A DNA stretch of 64,000 bases, taken from the NCBI RefSeq assembly GCF_040938485.1, contig NW_027271205.1:62001-126000 (forward strand), read 5' to 3'. How positions within the stretch are numbered: the first letter of the stretch is position 1; every line of letters begins with the position of its first letter. The position numbers and the translations under genes were made by a program. Shown here in pieces: positions 26,694 through 41,963 of this stretch. This DNA comes from Diadema antillarum (lineage: Eukaryota). The notes beneath the pieces are model-generated. The model did not search any database. It worked only from the letters and a program-made list of their open reading frames with translations, and was not told the DNA's origin.

Positions 26694-29600
26694 TTGTATC
26701 TCAAATTTTGGTGAATTTTTAATTTAATCAGTTGTCCAATTATCAGTTTGTCCAAATCATAGCTCTCTAACCCCAAAAATGAAGCCACAAAGGTACAGTA
26801 GGTCAAAGGAAAGACAATCCCATTTATAATAGTGCTTTGGCTGCTATTTTTATTTGTTGTTGTTTTTCGGTCTCCTGAACTTTCGACATTTTTTAGTTAC
26901 TATGTACATGGTTTAGTCGCTCCAACAGTGATATAATACACATTGTTATGTGCATGAATACTTGAGATTATGATGTCAATTTCAGTGCTCATGTGCAATT
27001 AATTCACACAGGCTTTTTTTTCTCCCCCTTTGATCAAAACTATTTCTTTTCTGAACTCTGAAGTAAGAATCGATATGAAGTGCGAGGAGAATCCAGAGCA
27101 CGTGTACACACTGCATGACTGTGAGCAGATACACAGTTTGGTATTGATTATGACAACAAAAAAGTATTTTATCTTGCTTCTACACACCTTATCACTTTGT
27201 ATGATTGACTTCAGAATAATTCTAATTGAATGATGAACTATTTTCAGATGGAAAAGCGTACAACAATGCCAGTGGACGTCCATCAGTTTGAAGCATGTGA
27301 TTGCGAAATGCTTCAATACCAACAAACTGCTAATATTCTGCATTTTCACTAGTTCAAAAAATCAAGGATGATCAATCATCACATTGCTTTGCACTCTTTA
27401 CCTTGTAGCATGAGTCAAATTTTGCTGTAATGTCAAAAGACAGCATTTTACAGCATTGAATTTGTGCTTCGAGTTGAGGAGATTCGACCCATGGTATTTA
27501 GAGTTTGAAATAGATTTGAAATAAAATCAATCAAATACATATAATTTTTTATATCAGTGGTTGAGTCTCATTGCACGACAGCAATAATAGAAATGTTTTG
27601 CACAAATACATTTGAATGAATAACAGACACCTATATATTTCTGTCAAAACTCAAGATATAAAAAAATATGACTAGCAAAGGCCATTGAAATTCACCAACG
27701 TGTCTGCTGATGCGAGCCAGATATGCGGCTGTGTATGCAGGTACATGTACGTCATTGGCAATCCACTTTGGTGGCCAAATGAACAGCAGGGTACCCATGC
27801 AAATTACGTTGTATAGCAGCATACAGTACAATTACTTACAAACACATCAGTACAAGCATACAGTGACAGATATAAATCATTACCATCTCTCCATTCTATT
27901 TTTTTTCTTTTTTGTGTGTCATGAGGAGATAAACCAATAATGTACAAATGTACATGCACAAAGGCTCGCCAAGCTATGTAGAATCCCATTATCTATGCTC
28001 CAGCCACCCTTTTTATACCATGCATGCATACAGGCTTGAGTAGATGCACCAGGGCTATACCTCTCCTTGGGGCAGTATGCTGGTTTTTAGTAGGGAGGGC
28101 TTTTCACCGCGGGAGGAGAGACGAGAGGCAGTGGTAGGTAGTGGCGGTGTTGGAGTATGCGAACAGGCTGATACGACAGGGAGGTAAACATTGATCCTGT
28201 GTGTGGTCACGTTTTGTGTGGCCCTGCCTCACTGGGCCCCACCACGGCACAATTGGATGAGGTCTGTTCTTTCTCATCACGCTGGCACAGAGATGATAAT
28301 GCCATTCCTACTCATCAATAATCTCATTCTGCCCATTGAGAGGAGCAGAGAGAGAGAAAAGGCTTTCACATTTATCTCTTTTCTCTCAACTCACTCTCCC
28401 TCTCCTCTCTAACACATATTCCTCTCTTTCATCAATGATAGGCAAAAGTATTCAGGAATGAGCTTCTTTGTCGTGGAAAAACGGGTCAGTTACGAGGAAG
28501 TCTGCTGCGGAGGTTTAGTCTACCTGAGTGCTGGAGTTCCTTTAAACACTCTCCTAGTTGAACATACAGTGTGACTATTATGGGGGAGTGTTTTGTTTCA
28601 CTTTGACTCACTAGGTGTACTCCAAGCAAACTCTCACTTCAAGAAACAACAGAGGATTTCCTCTCCTTGAAGAGTGTCATAAAGTGATCATTATGATAAC
28701 ATTGACATTTTATCCATGGTAAATCGTACAAATTTGATGTACATGTACATATAGGTATGATGCACTGCTTGCTGACTTTATTGTTCTACAAAGCTTACTC
28801 CAAAAATTGGTCATTTCATTATCAAGCAACACTTTGTACATTCCAACTACATCCATGTAGGCCTATATTCATGACAAACTGACATTATATCGCAATGGAA
28901 GAATTTCTTCATCGTTATTGCACTCACAGATACAATATCAAATGTACATGTACTTGTAAGTGTATGTCTCCCTACTCGCATTGATTCTTGCACGCAATCA
29001 CCCCCTACTGGGGGAAACAAACAACCACAATATTACATGGCTTCAAAGTCAAGTACACAAACACGACAGCCGCTTGCAATATTATCTCTATGACTTCCAC
29101 GGCATAATATTTACTAGATGTAGTTGTGGGAGATCAAAAGCAAATACATGCACTAATGAGCTATGCTAAAACAAAAACAAGAAATTGCTGAATACAAACA
29201 GTCTTTGTTAAACTCAACAGAAGACCGTCAGGATGACAACACTGTTGTTAAAACCGCCGAAACCAAGTCGCGACGGACCAGAGTTTGGAGAACGCTGAGA
29301 ATCGTCTGGAGTGGCAAGAGTATTTTGTTCTCAGCACTGTATCAATTTACAACAATGCAGTCATTGACAGTACTTATTGTATAATACATGGACACAGTAT
29401 GTACAATGTGTACTTACATGTTAACACAATTGTATGCTAATAACTCCAATACTATACATAATTATCACTAGCAAAGACATTTAATTAAACCTCTAGAAAC
29501 TTGATCTGCAAAACATCTTTTCAGACAAATGAATTAGCCGACAATGTCTCTTGAAGTACAAAAGACAACACATACACTACCATGGGGAACACAAGTCTGG

Positions 29601-32600
29601 CAAATTTGGAGCACCTAAAAATTGTTTAAAAACTGTCCATCATTGTTGCCATTCAACTTGGGTTTTGTAGTTGCAAATTTACATGTAAATATATCCCATA
29701 AATCATAGAACCAGAGGTGGATATGAAATGACGAAAGCACAATATGCTTCATATTCAAAAGATGTCATAATGTTGATCCTTTGCTAATAATTAAGACCCA
29801 GATAGAGCCATATAAGACGAGCATTAACTTTACAGTACACTGTAAACATAATCAGATATCCCACAAGTAATTCCTAGAAGATGAGAATTACCAGCCACCA
29901 TAGCACGTCCGCCTTTTTTTTCCCCTTCCAGAAGCTAAATTAATGAATGAGTATTTCCTCTCCAAATGTGGAAGTATGAAACGAGAGATTGAGGAGGAAA
30001 GGAAAAGAAAAAAAGTAAGAGAGAAATGAGGGAGGAAGAGAGGAGAATTTTCAGGAAGTATATTACAGTGCTCCCGTAAGAAAAATATAGTACGAGGAAC
30101 AAGCCGGGAGGCGCTCCCACATTCTCACTTTTGACTGCCTCTCTCCAGGAAATTATCAATCTGGGAAGCAGGTCGCGGGTCCTAATAACCCCAAGCCTGT
30201 GTGTGAGAGCAGAAAGAGAAGAGCCCCCTTCTTGGCTACGATCTGTCAGGTCATCTCTGGTGATGAAGCGCACCATGTGTTGAAGTGCATCCACACATGT
30301 TCACGATTACAATCTCCAAGCAGGAGACAGGAGAGAGAGAGAGCATGAGATGGGGGGGGGGGGGGGGGGGGAGGCAAAGGAGAAGGGAGGGAAGATAACT
30401 TGGTCATCATGCCTCAGTCTTGAAACCACACACACACAGATACACACACACACACAGAATGTCAAACATGGCAAAATGACATAAAAGCAAGTCCCACTAC
30501 ATGTAGGCACAAAGTGCGACTGGCTAAAACTGGGTATTATGCAGTTGCTTCATACAACACAATAAGGCCTACATTTTGTAGTACAAATGCTGTGACTTTA
30601 CCACATTGTATGAAATCCTTCTTTCCTATCCTCGATGAAACCAAAGCTTTAATGTCGATTTCTTTAAAGCCATGCCCAATACCTCAAGAATATATTCTTG
30701 GTTACACAAACAAATGACTCACAACATGATACCACTATTAAAGATTGATGATCAAAGGCGACACAGAGTAGTAGGGGCTACAAAATACAGCACTGTATCA
30801 TAAACATACATACAGTGCAAGCATCCAGTTACACCTACAAGTATCCGTCTCCTTACGAGCATGTACAGTGTGCATTCATGTTCTGCTGGAATGGCATTTT
30901 GGTAACAGCATTTGGTTTCCAAAGGGTCACACCATAAAATCAATTCAGAAAGTCTGTTGACATTTCTAATGCTGGTTCCATACCTTCGGAATAAGGGAAT
31001 TGACTGCTGCAGCAGACCTTTTCAATGCAGGACAAAAACCAGTGCAAAGGAGAACTTAATAAGTTACATGTACGGTGCTTTTAAACATTGCATTTCGGCA
31101 ACTAATCATTCACCAGACAGAAATCAATGTGCTTAACACCACAGACTTTCAGGGGATGAACATGTGATGAATGGGGCCATCACGCCTGTCGAATGCATAA
31201 TGGCCCAACGCATGAGGGGAGTGCAGAGTGGGAGAAGTGCTGGAGAAACATGGCAAGATTAAAGATGTCGCCCGAGCCTTTTGAGGGAGGAGGGGGAAAA
31301 AAGTGCAAGTGCCTCCGAGCACACACAGGGCAAGAAGACTTCCTCCTTCCTCTGGGCTCACCAAACACATCTCAGCAGGGGTAGATGGCGGAGCGGGTCA
31401 CTTTCCCATACTCGACAGCCTCAATGCGCCCCTCCCGGCTTGCATTACCTGCCAACGGGCACAGGCTGACGGCAGCCTTCGGTTTGAAAAGCTGCTGGAA
31501 ACTGACTTTAATCTGCCAGGTAACCCATCTCCATCCCCCCCCCCCCCCACCCATCTCCTGTATACTCATCTAATTCTAAAGAAGAAGAAAAAAGGAATGT
31601 CTCGCCGAATTACTTTTTCTGGGAACAATCTCTCAGCACTGTTATTCAGAAAGTGGGGATGATGATTAAGTGTGGCTATGCAAATTTTATTTACCATCCA
31701 TGCTTTACACAAGAGGAACAGAGGCTCAGCTTGGGGGACTTGCAAAAATCTCATCCTGTATCCCATCCTTCAGCCTCCTCCACCCCCCCCCCCCTCTTTC
31801 TCTTCCTTCTCTCCCCGGGAATCCTCACAAGCACAAGACAAATATCCCAATTTATTTTGTCTCCACTGACCTATCGGCAATGAAACTTCAATTTGCAACA
31901 TTCGCGCGCTGTGCGTCATACCGGCCAGCATGCATCGGCGCGGAGAGAAAGGTAATCTGTCTTGGTAAAAATCTCCTTAGATCTGAGACTCGCCAGTGAG
32001 GTAGAGTTTCTCAAATTACGGGAGAAAGCATGTGCCCACTGGCACACACGCACAGGGCCTGCTCGTAACCTTTCAGAAAGTGCATTCGCTGTCACACCCA
32101 CAAGCAATTTCCCAAAAGATGCTGCGCTGTGAGAGTTGGGCAGAATCTTTTCTTCCCTTCTCCACTCACATCCCGGAGTTTCTCAACAACTCTTTGTCTG
32201 GATGAATTGTCTAATCTTTTCTCTCTGGAACGAAGACAAGTCATCTTGACTACCAAATGTGATAGTTGTTGATTCTATGCATATGAAGCTTTTGCTATCG
32301 TTGTGTACTCATTTTCTTTCTCTGATGAGGAAATTCCTGATGTTGTGAGTTTGTGACAAAATTTCAACCTGTTGATAAGAACAACTAGATTCAATCTCTT
32401 CATTTCCTCTTCAAAGGTAACAGAAGCATTTGTTGATGTGTGAGTGGAACTTAATTTCATGTAAATGGCTGCAGAACTCAATATGTCATGTGGACTTTGC
32501 AGATAACATTAACAAAGGGGGGGGGGGGGGGGGGAAGAGTTGGTATAGATCTGCAAAACAAAACGAATAATACGCAGCCAAGCCCTTGATCAGAGGACCA

Positions 32601-35243
32601 ATCACCAAACATATAAAGCTAGCAGGACTTCCTGGAGTCAAACGAGACCAGTACCCACCCCAGTCCGGAGCGTCTACCTTTACCGTTTATCCTTCCCTTC
32701 CTGAGCAGAACTTCCTACCACGAGAAAGATTAGCCTAGAAACCAATACCCGAGCGAGCGCTATGCACTCCCATCTCGTCAAGCTAACTAACGGGGACCAG
32801 CACTTTGCACGAGCGGGATATCCAATAAAAAAAAGAAAAAAAAAAAACCTGTGGAAGGAATGCTGGCACCACAAGAGGAAGTTTATATAGCTGGTGTCCA
32901 AATTGATACACTCAGCACCAGGATAAGCAGCGGCAAGACAAAAGGCAGCACACAGCACATAGCTCTCCCATCTCCGTATCAAGTGCCCTTTGTTACTCGG
33001 CAAGCTGGGAGTTGGCTTACACTTTCTATGAAGACCATGAAAACACTCAACTTTTCCCTCATAGTTTCAGCTGGAGACTCCATGATGAAAGAAACAGCAT
33101 AACCCATGTACACAAGTACGTGAAGTAGAAAGCCTAACTTCTCTTTTAGCATAGTAAACCTGCTGAGCGAGATAGGCCTATACGATAAAGCCTGCGAGTA
33201 CTGACAGAAGCGGATGCGTTAAGGACAAATTTTCATTTGCATAAATGAATGACATCACCAATGCGGCCTCTGTTTCAGTCATTGCTCTAGTGCTGATGGC
33301 AGACACGGGGGCTTAGATCAATTTGGGTTGCGTTCAGGTGCCAAGGTTACTTCGGATCACCCTCTGCCAACAATAACTGACAAACGGTTATTCATCCAGG
33401 CAGCTACGCAGGGGGGAGTGCGCTTCATATACAGACGCGCAAAGGCAGACCTGTCATGCGGCGCATTAGGGCATCCATCGATGCTAAGCTAAAAATAAGG
33501 AGTTTCCTTTCGGGGCTTTCGTTCCAGCCTTAGCATCGCTGGGAGAGGGTTAAGTCCTGTAGGCTCCTCGTCACTCCGTGACACATGTTCGGTTTGCACA
33601 CGCAGCCACTTTCGTCAAATATCCTTCCTCGTGTATGAAATCAATCAAAGGTGTGGGGGCAACCACGTCAGATGACTCTACCTCACTCAAGCATTGCTTA
33701 CAAAGCCCTGCTCCCAAAGCAGAGCTAAGCCGAGCTGAGCTGCACCTTCCAAAATTGACTATGACCTACATCTGAGCCACACAGGGCTTGGTAGGGGGTT
33801 GGAGAATGGGGATGGGCGAAGGGGGGGGGGGGAGGATAAGATGAGATCTAAAAGTGAGGAATTGACCCAAAATGCTTCCATCTGGTGAGTGAAAATAGTG
33901 ATTAACAAGAAAGTAATTTGCTTTCTAGGCAAAGCTAGGGTTGTCACAAGATTGCCTGATTTCTGTTCTGGCAGCACAAAAGTCAGGAACGAAGCAAGGT
34001 GAACGAAGGGAGTGGTTTGCATTGAATCTAATCCCCATCTACTCCACAGGAACTGGCTGGCAGGAACAGCTGCGAGGTCAAGTCGGATAGTCTGCCCAAC
34101 TCCAAGCACCTCCGAATGTGAAGCAAAACTCAAAGTGGAAAAAAAAAACACTCGCTGGGCGTTGGCACTGTTTTACAATCTTCACTAGCATCTCAATGAG
34201 TGAGAACGGCTCTCAAGTCAGTCCTGATTTTACCACACACAAGAGATGGACCATAAAGAGGGCTCGACTCTCCCGGGTGTCAGTATCTGAATCCAAACAA
34301 CAGCACACACATCACACGAGTCTCAAAGGAGATTTACTAATTCGAACCTTCATATGCATACATCAACATCATATTCCAATGAAATTGAGAGCTTTTATTT
34401 TTCCTGGATAGCATCTTATCTTAGCTTGATTTGAAGCCAACGTCAGAGAAAGAGAAACGGCGAAAAAGAAAAAGAAAGAAAGCAATCTGGGCCAGTGGGG
34501 GATAGACTTTCTCAAGCAGAAGGAAAGCTAGGGTAAAATAACTGCATGCCAGGCAGAGCAGGGTAATCTGAGGCTTGGCTGGGGAGACATGTCGCGCCAG
34601 TAATCAAGCAGAGTAACTCAGCACCAGAGTAAATCATGCACGATCACACACAATCATTTGGGGAAACAAAAAATCTCCGAAGGCCTTGTCCAACCACAGA
34701 GAAAGACTAATTTACACACCTCTCACAGCGCGCATTCATCGAGCGGAGCTGTCGTGGCGACAGCGGAGCTCGGCTTTCAGACGAACGGGCAGAACAAACA
34801 GCAGAGGCCTATGGGGCTCGGCCCCAGTCTATAATGGATGGAAAATGCGGGTCACTTCACCGCAGAGCTGCGGGTAGGGTACGTGTACACAGTACGGTAC
34901 AATGGTGCAGAACACACGGGCTTTCTGTATGCGCATTAGCATACATAAAATCTCCCTCTTCCCGCAGTATTCAATGTCTCAATCCCTACCGAGCGTACGC
35001 TTTTAGCGAGTGTACCAGAACGCTTGCTGCCAGTGGAACAAGAAATAGTCATCGAAATTCTTCACTTATTAACATGTACTTGTAACAAATGTTATTTATC
35101 TGTTACTTTTACAGTAAAAATACTGCATGTGAAATATTTGTTTCTCCAATGGCAATAGAACACTACACACACGAATCGCACGAGATTCTGTCATCGCAGA
35201 GAAACACACGCACACAAACACAACGGGATATTCAGAAAAATTA

Positions 35244-35822
<579 letters not shown>

Positions 35823-36649
35823 CTAACTGCGCAAGCTCAGATCAATTAAGCCTCATTAACATAAGTAAATAACAATAACAGTGCGTACCGCTTCCTGTGA
35901 AGTTTGCCGACATACGTCCATCGTCTAGTTGTACTTTCAGGCGCTGCGAATAATCTTCACCAGCCGCAGTTCTTTTCGCAACGATTTTGTATCCTCCTGA
36001 CACGAACAAACGCAGCAAAGAAATGAAGAGAAATATAAACGTAAAAACATGCCTGCCGTCAAGTGACGTAGTTTTATTGAAATGTGGGAGAGGCAACCAA
36101 CTTGCTGGCAGGGGATTTGCAATGGAGTCATGCGAAATGCAAAATAGAAGTAGGGCCTAAACGATCTTTCGTTCTACAAAGCCAGAAAGGCCTATTTTGG
36201 TATGTATACTTGAGAACTCTCCCATCTTCATCTGGTCTTTCCATGCTCTTCTCATTATTAGAGTCTATATTGTCAGCTTTGATTATTGCAGTTGTGGAGA
36301 GAGAACTCGTGGCCATTAAATGAAGCTTGGAAACGGTATCTTTATGCTAGATCCAGTGAGGAAGTACCTCTTGTCATCACAGAGTGGTCGATGTGTGGAA
36401 TTCTCTTCCAAAAGATGTGGTCTCGGCTCTGTGAATGTCTTTATAAATAAGCTGGAGTAAGTATTGGAAGAATTGTGTATTTAACTACAAGTGACTAGTA
36501 CCCTAGGTCATTGGTCTCAAGCAGTTTTCCACCTCCTTGCCACGTATAATGTCCCATAGATTTTTATAATTCAGGATACATATTTGAATGACATTTTATC
36601 CAAGACTGTAATTATTGAAAGGATCAAGAGCAGCCGAGTATACAATCCT

Positions 36650-36789
36650 GGGGGTGTTTCATCAACGTTTGTCAGCGCTGACAACTTGAATCACCATAGC
36701 AACAGTCAGTGACCAGAGCATCTCAGCCAATCAAAACCAAGGATTTTGCTGAAATTGTCAGCGCTGACAAACGTTGATGAAACACCCCC
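36650..36789. mobile_element. 140-bp palindromic MITE
   Basis: Perfect 35-bp TIR GGGGGTGTTTCATCAACGTTTGTCAGCGCTGACAA; each arm contains the palindrome TTGTCAGCGCTGACAA. Confidence 0.75.
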
Positions 36790-36935
36790 CCCCCCCCTCA
36801 GATCGGTGAACAGGCTCTGACCTTTATACACCATCGTCCCGGAAAATTAGAGTACAGTAAGAAAAGTAAATTGCCCCTGGAAAATCTTGAGCACACTCTT
36901 GGATTGTCGTGGATAACTTTAGTGAAATAACTAAG

Positions 36936-37285
36936 CTAACTTACATGTCCTTATTTTATGGGTACTCTAATATTTTTTTAAGTTGCTCATAATCGTGGAA
37001 TGGAATGCTTGATTTTAACTGACATAGGAAAGACTAATGGATCCAAGCTGAATTACAGGTGTATAATGTAATATCCCTGGAAACACGTAAACTAACTAGG
37101 CCTACTACTAACTTACATATCCTTATTTTATGGGTACTCTAATATTTTTTTAAGTTGCTCATAATCGTGGAATGGAATGCTTGATTTTAACTCACATAGG
37201 AAGAACTAATGGATCCAAGCTGAATTACAGGTGCATAATGTAATATCCCTGGAAACACGTAAACTAACTAGGCCCACTACTAACT
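36936..37285. repeat. Tandem duplication, 2 x 172 bp
   Basis: CTAACTTACAT(G/A)TCCTTATTTTATGGGTACTC... starts at 36936 and 37108; the copies differ by few substitutions. Confidence 0.9.
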
Positions 37286-40200
37286 ATAGGTACGTATACT
37301 TGAGAGGAATGTGCAAACCCATCATCTATAGACAAAAACGGATAGAGTGAATAAATCACTTCTGTGGACTAATATGAATATCAACACCTGGTATGTTTTA
37401 ATTGCAGTCATGGGTTGAAATATATGATGGTTCATCTTTCCTTTTATGCTTCTAGTTATCAATGTCCTATAGACAGGGCAGCATGTTCCGTTTCTCTTTG
37501 ACATTGCAAAAGTCAATGAGTAAAGGATATGATAGTCATTTGACTGGTGTTTTAAACGATTAGTTTCATCGTATCTGGGTAATGTGACGTGGATATCTCT
37601 AATACAACGCATATATCGATTAGAGCAAATTAATATAACATGTGTCGATGCAACAATGCCGTATAATACATGAAGGTGAATGGTTATTCTCGTTTTGATG
37701 TTATAAGCACCCCACGCAGGTATTCTACGTAGCATAACATCTATCGATGGTCACGCTCTATAATACACAAAAAAATAAAGAACCATAACAACATAATACT
37801 ATCGCTGATCATAAGAGAATAAGGAAGTCCAATCGCGCACAAATGCTTGAGTGAGCACGAACAATGGATATCAATTTCCTTTATAAAAAAAAGAAGAAAA
37901 CATGAATATAATTTCACTTTGATTTGTTTTTGTTTGTTTCTTTTCTACGATGGGAAATGTTTTAGTTGCAATGAGCTGATGTTTACTCTAAAGCTGACAG
38001 ATTAGTTGCGTTGCGTTTGCTGTCGAATAATGATGGGTACACAAATGTTTAATGACTTTTATATTTGAAGGTATCGAAACATCATTCCTACCGTTGAAAA
38101 AAACCCGAATATGATATATGTGATATATGATTAACTTTGTAACCCACAATTTTGAACATGTAAAAAAATAATGATAATGATTTGTGAATTTGAGTGTTTT
38201 GACAATTGCAATCAGTTTGCAGCGGTCTGCACGTATAGATGTTCATGAGAAATTAAGCTCAGTTAAGATAATGATAAAAATAAACATACTTACCTGTGTG
38301 TATACAAAGATTTCAAGTCATATGAATGTACAACAGACTGTGTCTGTGTCAACCATGTCAACATTGCTCTGTAATTAAATGAAAGATTGAAAAGCGTTTT
38401 TTTTTTTTTTGTATATAAGATTTTACGAGCAATGCTCTCGTTGCATAATCATTTGTGAAGCGATTAAAACAGAGAAGTTTTGTACAGAAGACAAGCAGAT
38501 TTCCAACACTGTAATGGCACACTCCTATAATCATATTTTGCTGCGGCATATTCAGAAACAGCTGGTGCATTCAATGTACGCCCATATTTCTTGTTTAATA
38601 TCTCTAATGTTTGTTTTATGTTTGTATGGTCTGGGACAAATTATTTGTATAGGGCCCCAATTTTTCCTTCTCTTTCTTTTTCTTTAAAACAACAACAACA
38701 ACAACCATATTTCACCCCCCATCCACCCCCCCAAAAAAATAAGGACATGCAAAGCAAAACAACACACGCGCGAAGAAAGATAAATGAGAAATGAGAAGCT
38801 GATTTATTATACAGAAAAATAATTAGCGACTGAAAGAAACAACTAATGATGACTGACTCAAATAAAAAAGGAAAAGGAATGTAGAGTAGACAAAGGCAAC
38901 TGAAGCCAATTAAAATATTGATGCGCAGTCTAGAAAAACTAGCTAGAAATGTATCACAAGAGGGCGCTCTTTAAACGCACGTGTTTCGTCCATTTCCAAA
39001 ATGGTATCATTTTATCCAGTGGCATATTTCTGAATATTAAGCAAAGCAAACAGATTACTAGAAAACAAACAAAACAAAAATGTAGGCAAGCAATAACAAG
39101 AAAGGTTTAATTTACAGGTAAATATGCAACGGGTATCAAGTGACATCCATAGCAGAGCAGAGATAGAGAGAAAAAAAAACCTCAGTATCGTCATATTTTC
39201 TCGAAAGCAATGGAATCAAGAGGGGTCTATAAGGAAAGCCTATCAAGGCTATCGTGTTATTCACATTCTCCACGGTAGTTTAATTTCTTCTCATAAGGAA
39301 ACCCACTAACTTCTTTCCGAGCATCTTCCCGATGCCCCCCCCCCCCAAAAAAAAAAATATTCCTTAAAGATTCTTTGTGACCATATGTGATTTTAAAAAA
39401 GGCTGTACTTCAAAATCCCCAGATGAAGCCATGTTGGATGAGTACATGTCAGGGTTCGCTGAATTATTGTTGGTGAAATTAGCTCGCTTAACTCATTCCG
39501 CTGATCTATATTGCTTCAATTGTATCCATTATGATTTCAAACGACGTTTGCTTTGATGAACAACATTTCCTGCAACATTTGCCTCTATCAACCTTGCAAT
39601 AAGCAACAGAGAAAAGAATTACACAGTTGAATAGACTTGACAGATGTGATTCATCTTAATATGTCATCGATAATACTTTTACGAACTGAAATGTCTGAAA
39701 CATAATTTCCTAACTTATTTGAATGAGATCATAGAGATCATTGGCCAATAGAGCAGCCTCCTGGAGCGCACAACATGCGTGGAAAGATATTATGTAGCCT
39801 ACTACCACACCATAATAATGGCCATCAAAATTGCCCTCCTCTTTGGGAGGGGGAGTCTCCCGTATAGCACATCAACTAATATTTACTTTCATGTACAAAG
39901 TATAGAAGATCAATGATATGATGTATAATCATTTTTTACTTTTTTTTTTTGGGGGGGGGGGGGTGATGCACCCTATAAGCATTGCTTCCTTAGCATTCCT
40001 CCCCATCTCCTGCACTTTCTAAACTTCAGAATGTTATGTGTGTGTGTGTTTTTTTTCTTTTTCATCCTTTCATTTATTGGTATATCCCTAAATTTCATTT
40101 GTTATATTTTGTAATGTTGGCATTGGCATATATGCACTTATGTCTTATGTAAACAAAAACCAACAACTGTATTAAGTGTAGTTGGAAATGGAAAAAAAAT

Positions 40201-41309
40201 AAATGAATGAAAAAAAAAAGTAGAGGTCTTACATTTTAAACCTCCGTAGATCTGCTGGTACCTTGATTTAAACAACCAACCAACCAACCGACCAACCAAC
40301 CAAACAAACAAACAAATGAACAAAGTTTTACAGTATTGAGACCATCTATATATACCTCCAAGTCGGTATTGTGATAAAGGAAGGAGGGGGGGGGGGAAGT
40401 CGGATCACAAAGCCTGCCATGAGGGTGGGGTCCACAATGAATGGACAAACATAGCAAGTTTCTTGGTGCTTCCTTGTCCTTTTCTCTACTATTTCCGATT
40501 TCCGGTCCGGTTGTTCATTAAAAACGCGAATCACTAAGGTATCGTTTTAATCCACGAAGCGAAAGCATACTATATCGGTCACCGCAGCCTTCTTGCGTGC
40601 TCGAAAATACACTGATATAGGGGGCGCATGTGCACAAGCTTCCGCGTTGACCAATTAAAGGGGAGCGTGGGCTTTCTGATAACCTCGGCTATCTATATGC
40701 TCCTGCCTGCCGTGTGCGCAAACAAAAGCACAACGGACGACTATAGAATGAAAGCGTTGATTTTGTTGTTGTTGTTGCTGTCATCTTTCTAATGAAAATC
40801 GTAACGTTGTGATGGAGTATCTCGCGGATATCAGAATAGTGCAAATTTTTATCACTGCAAGTTGCATTTTGGACACGGTCTCGTATCTTATCGCCTCAGT
40901 GGGTTCCTGAGGATCTGTAGTTTCTGTGTAGGCCCTAATGATTCTGGACATTCGCCTAATTTGTCTTTGTAAAACAAGTCTTTCATTGAGACCGAGATGT
41001 TTATCACTGGTTAACTGCTTTTTTTCGCCCGCACTAATGAAGCATAATTACAGAATACTATATTCAGAAAGTTTATTGTCGTTTTGCGTCATTGAAATAC
41101 TGCAAATAACATACAGCTGTATAGACAACAACTTCATGCGAAATACACCTTATATAAAATGACAATTTGAGAGACTTGACAATGTAATGCTCTTGTATAA
41201 ACTGGCAGAGTATTGATGCACATTTTTCAGTCACGAGCATAATGCATCATAATCTATCGATATTAAGATCTTCCGAAAACGGGCGCAGGGACTGTCTCAC
41301 TCAAATTTA

Positions 41310-41963
41310 AGCCGCTGTCACACTTTGTCGGATAGGCCCACCGTAAAAGAAACGGGCGAGATTTTGCTCATCCGTTGTTCAAACCGTCAATCCGGTGGAC
41401 AACGTGTAGATTTTCCGTTTTAGAGGAGCGTACATACACGGTCTACCGGCCGAACAAAACGCACCTGTTATGGCGACTGTGTATACAGGACAGTGGAACG
41501 CGCTCAAACGCATGAGAAATGAATAAGAACCGCGTGCTCACAGGACAGAACGCACGAGGAACAAATGGGTGACACATGAGACGTACATCGAACGTCAGAG
41601 AACCGTATGTACGCGTTTTATGTGCTGTACATAGCCGTTCTATCCGTTCAATTTCTTGCAGCAACGGACTCTACAGGAGGCCGAATGGATGGAAACGCAT
41701 GGAAAACGACAAAGTACAGTAGATACAGGAGAAAACGTATAACCATCGGACAAGGATCAGATCGCGCTGTCCGTTTTGGCGAGAAAAAAAGTTTGTGCAT
41801 GCACAAAGTTTTCTGGCCGCTCTGACGGAAATCACCGGAAGATAAATGTCCATCCAAAGGATAAAAATGACATGCAACGCATTTTAACGGATATCAACGG
41901 ATGCCAAAATTCGACATTCGTTTTTAATGCGTTTGACATATTCGGCAAAGTGTGACAGGGGCA
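41310..41963. mobile_element. PIF/Harbinger (Tourist-like) MITE, 654 bp
   Basis: TTA duplicated at 41307-41309 and 41964-41966. TIR AGCCGCTGTCACACTTTGTCGGATA vs TGCCCCTGTCACACTTTGCCGAATA (21/25). CpG-rich interior with recurrent AACG/CCGT motifs. Confidence 0.75.

Noticed and set aside
31149-31370. AFDRR peptide resembling ZSWIM exon 2 (SFDRCK)
   Set aside because: The flanking residues do not match the SWIM finger and the frame closes immediately.
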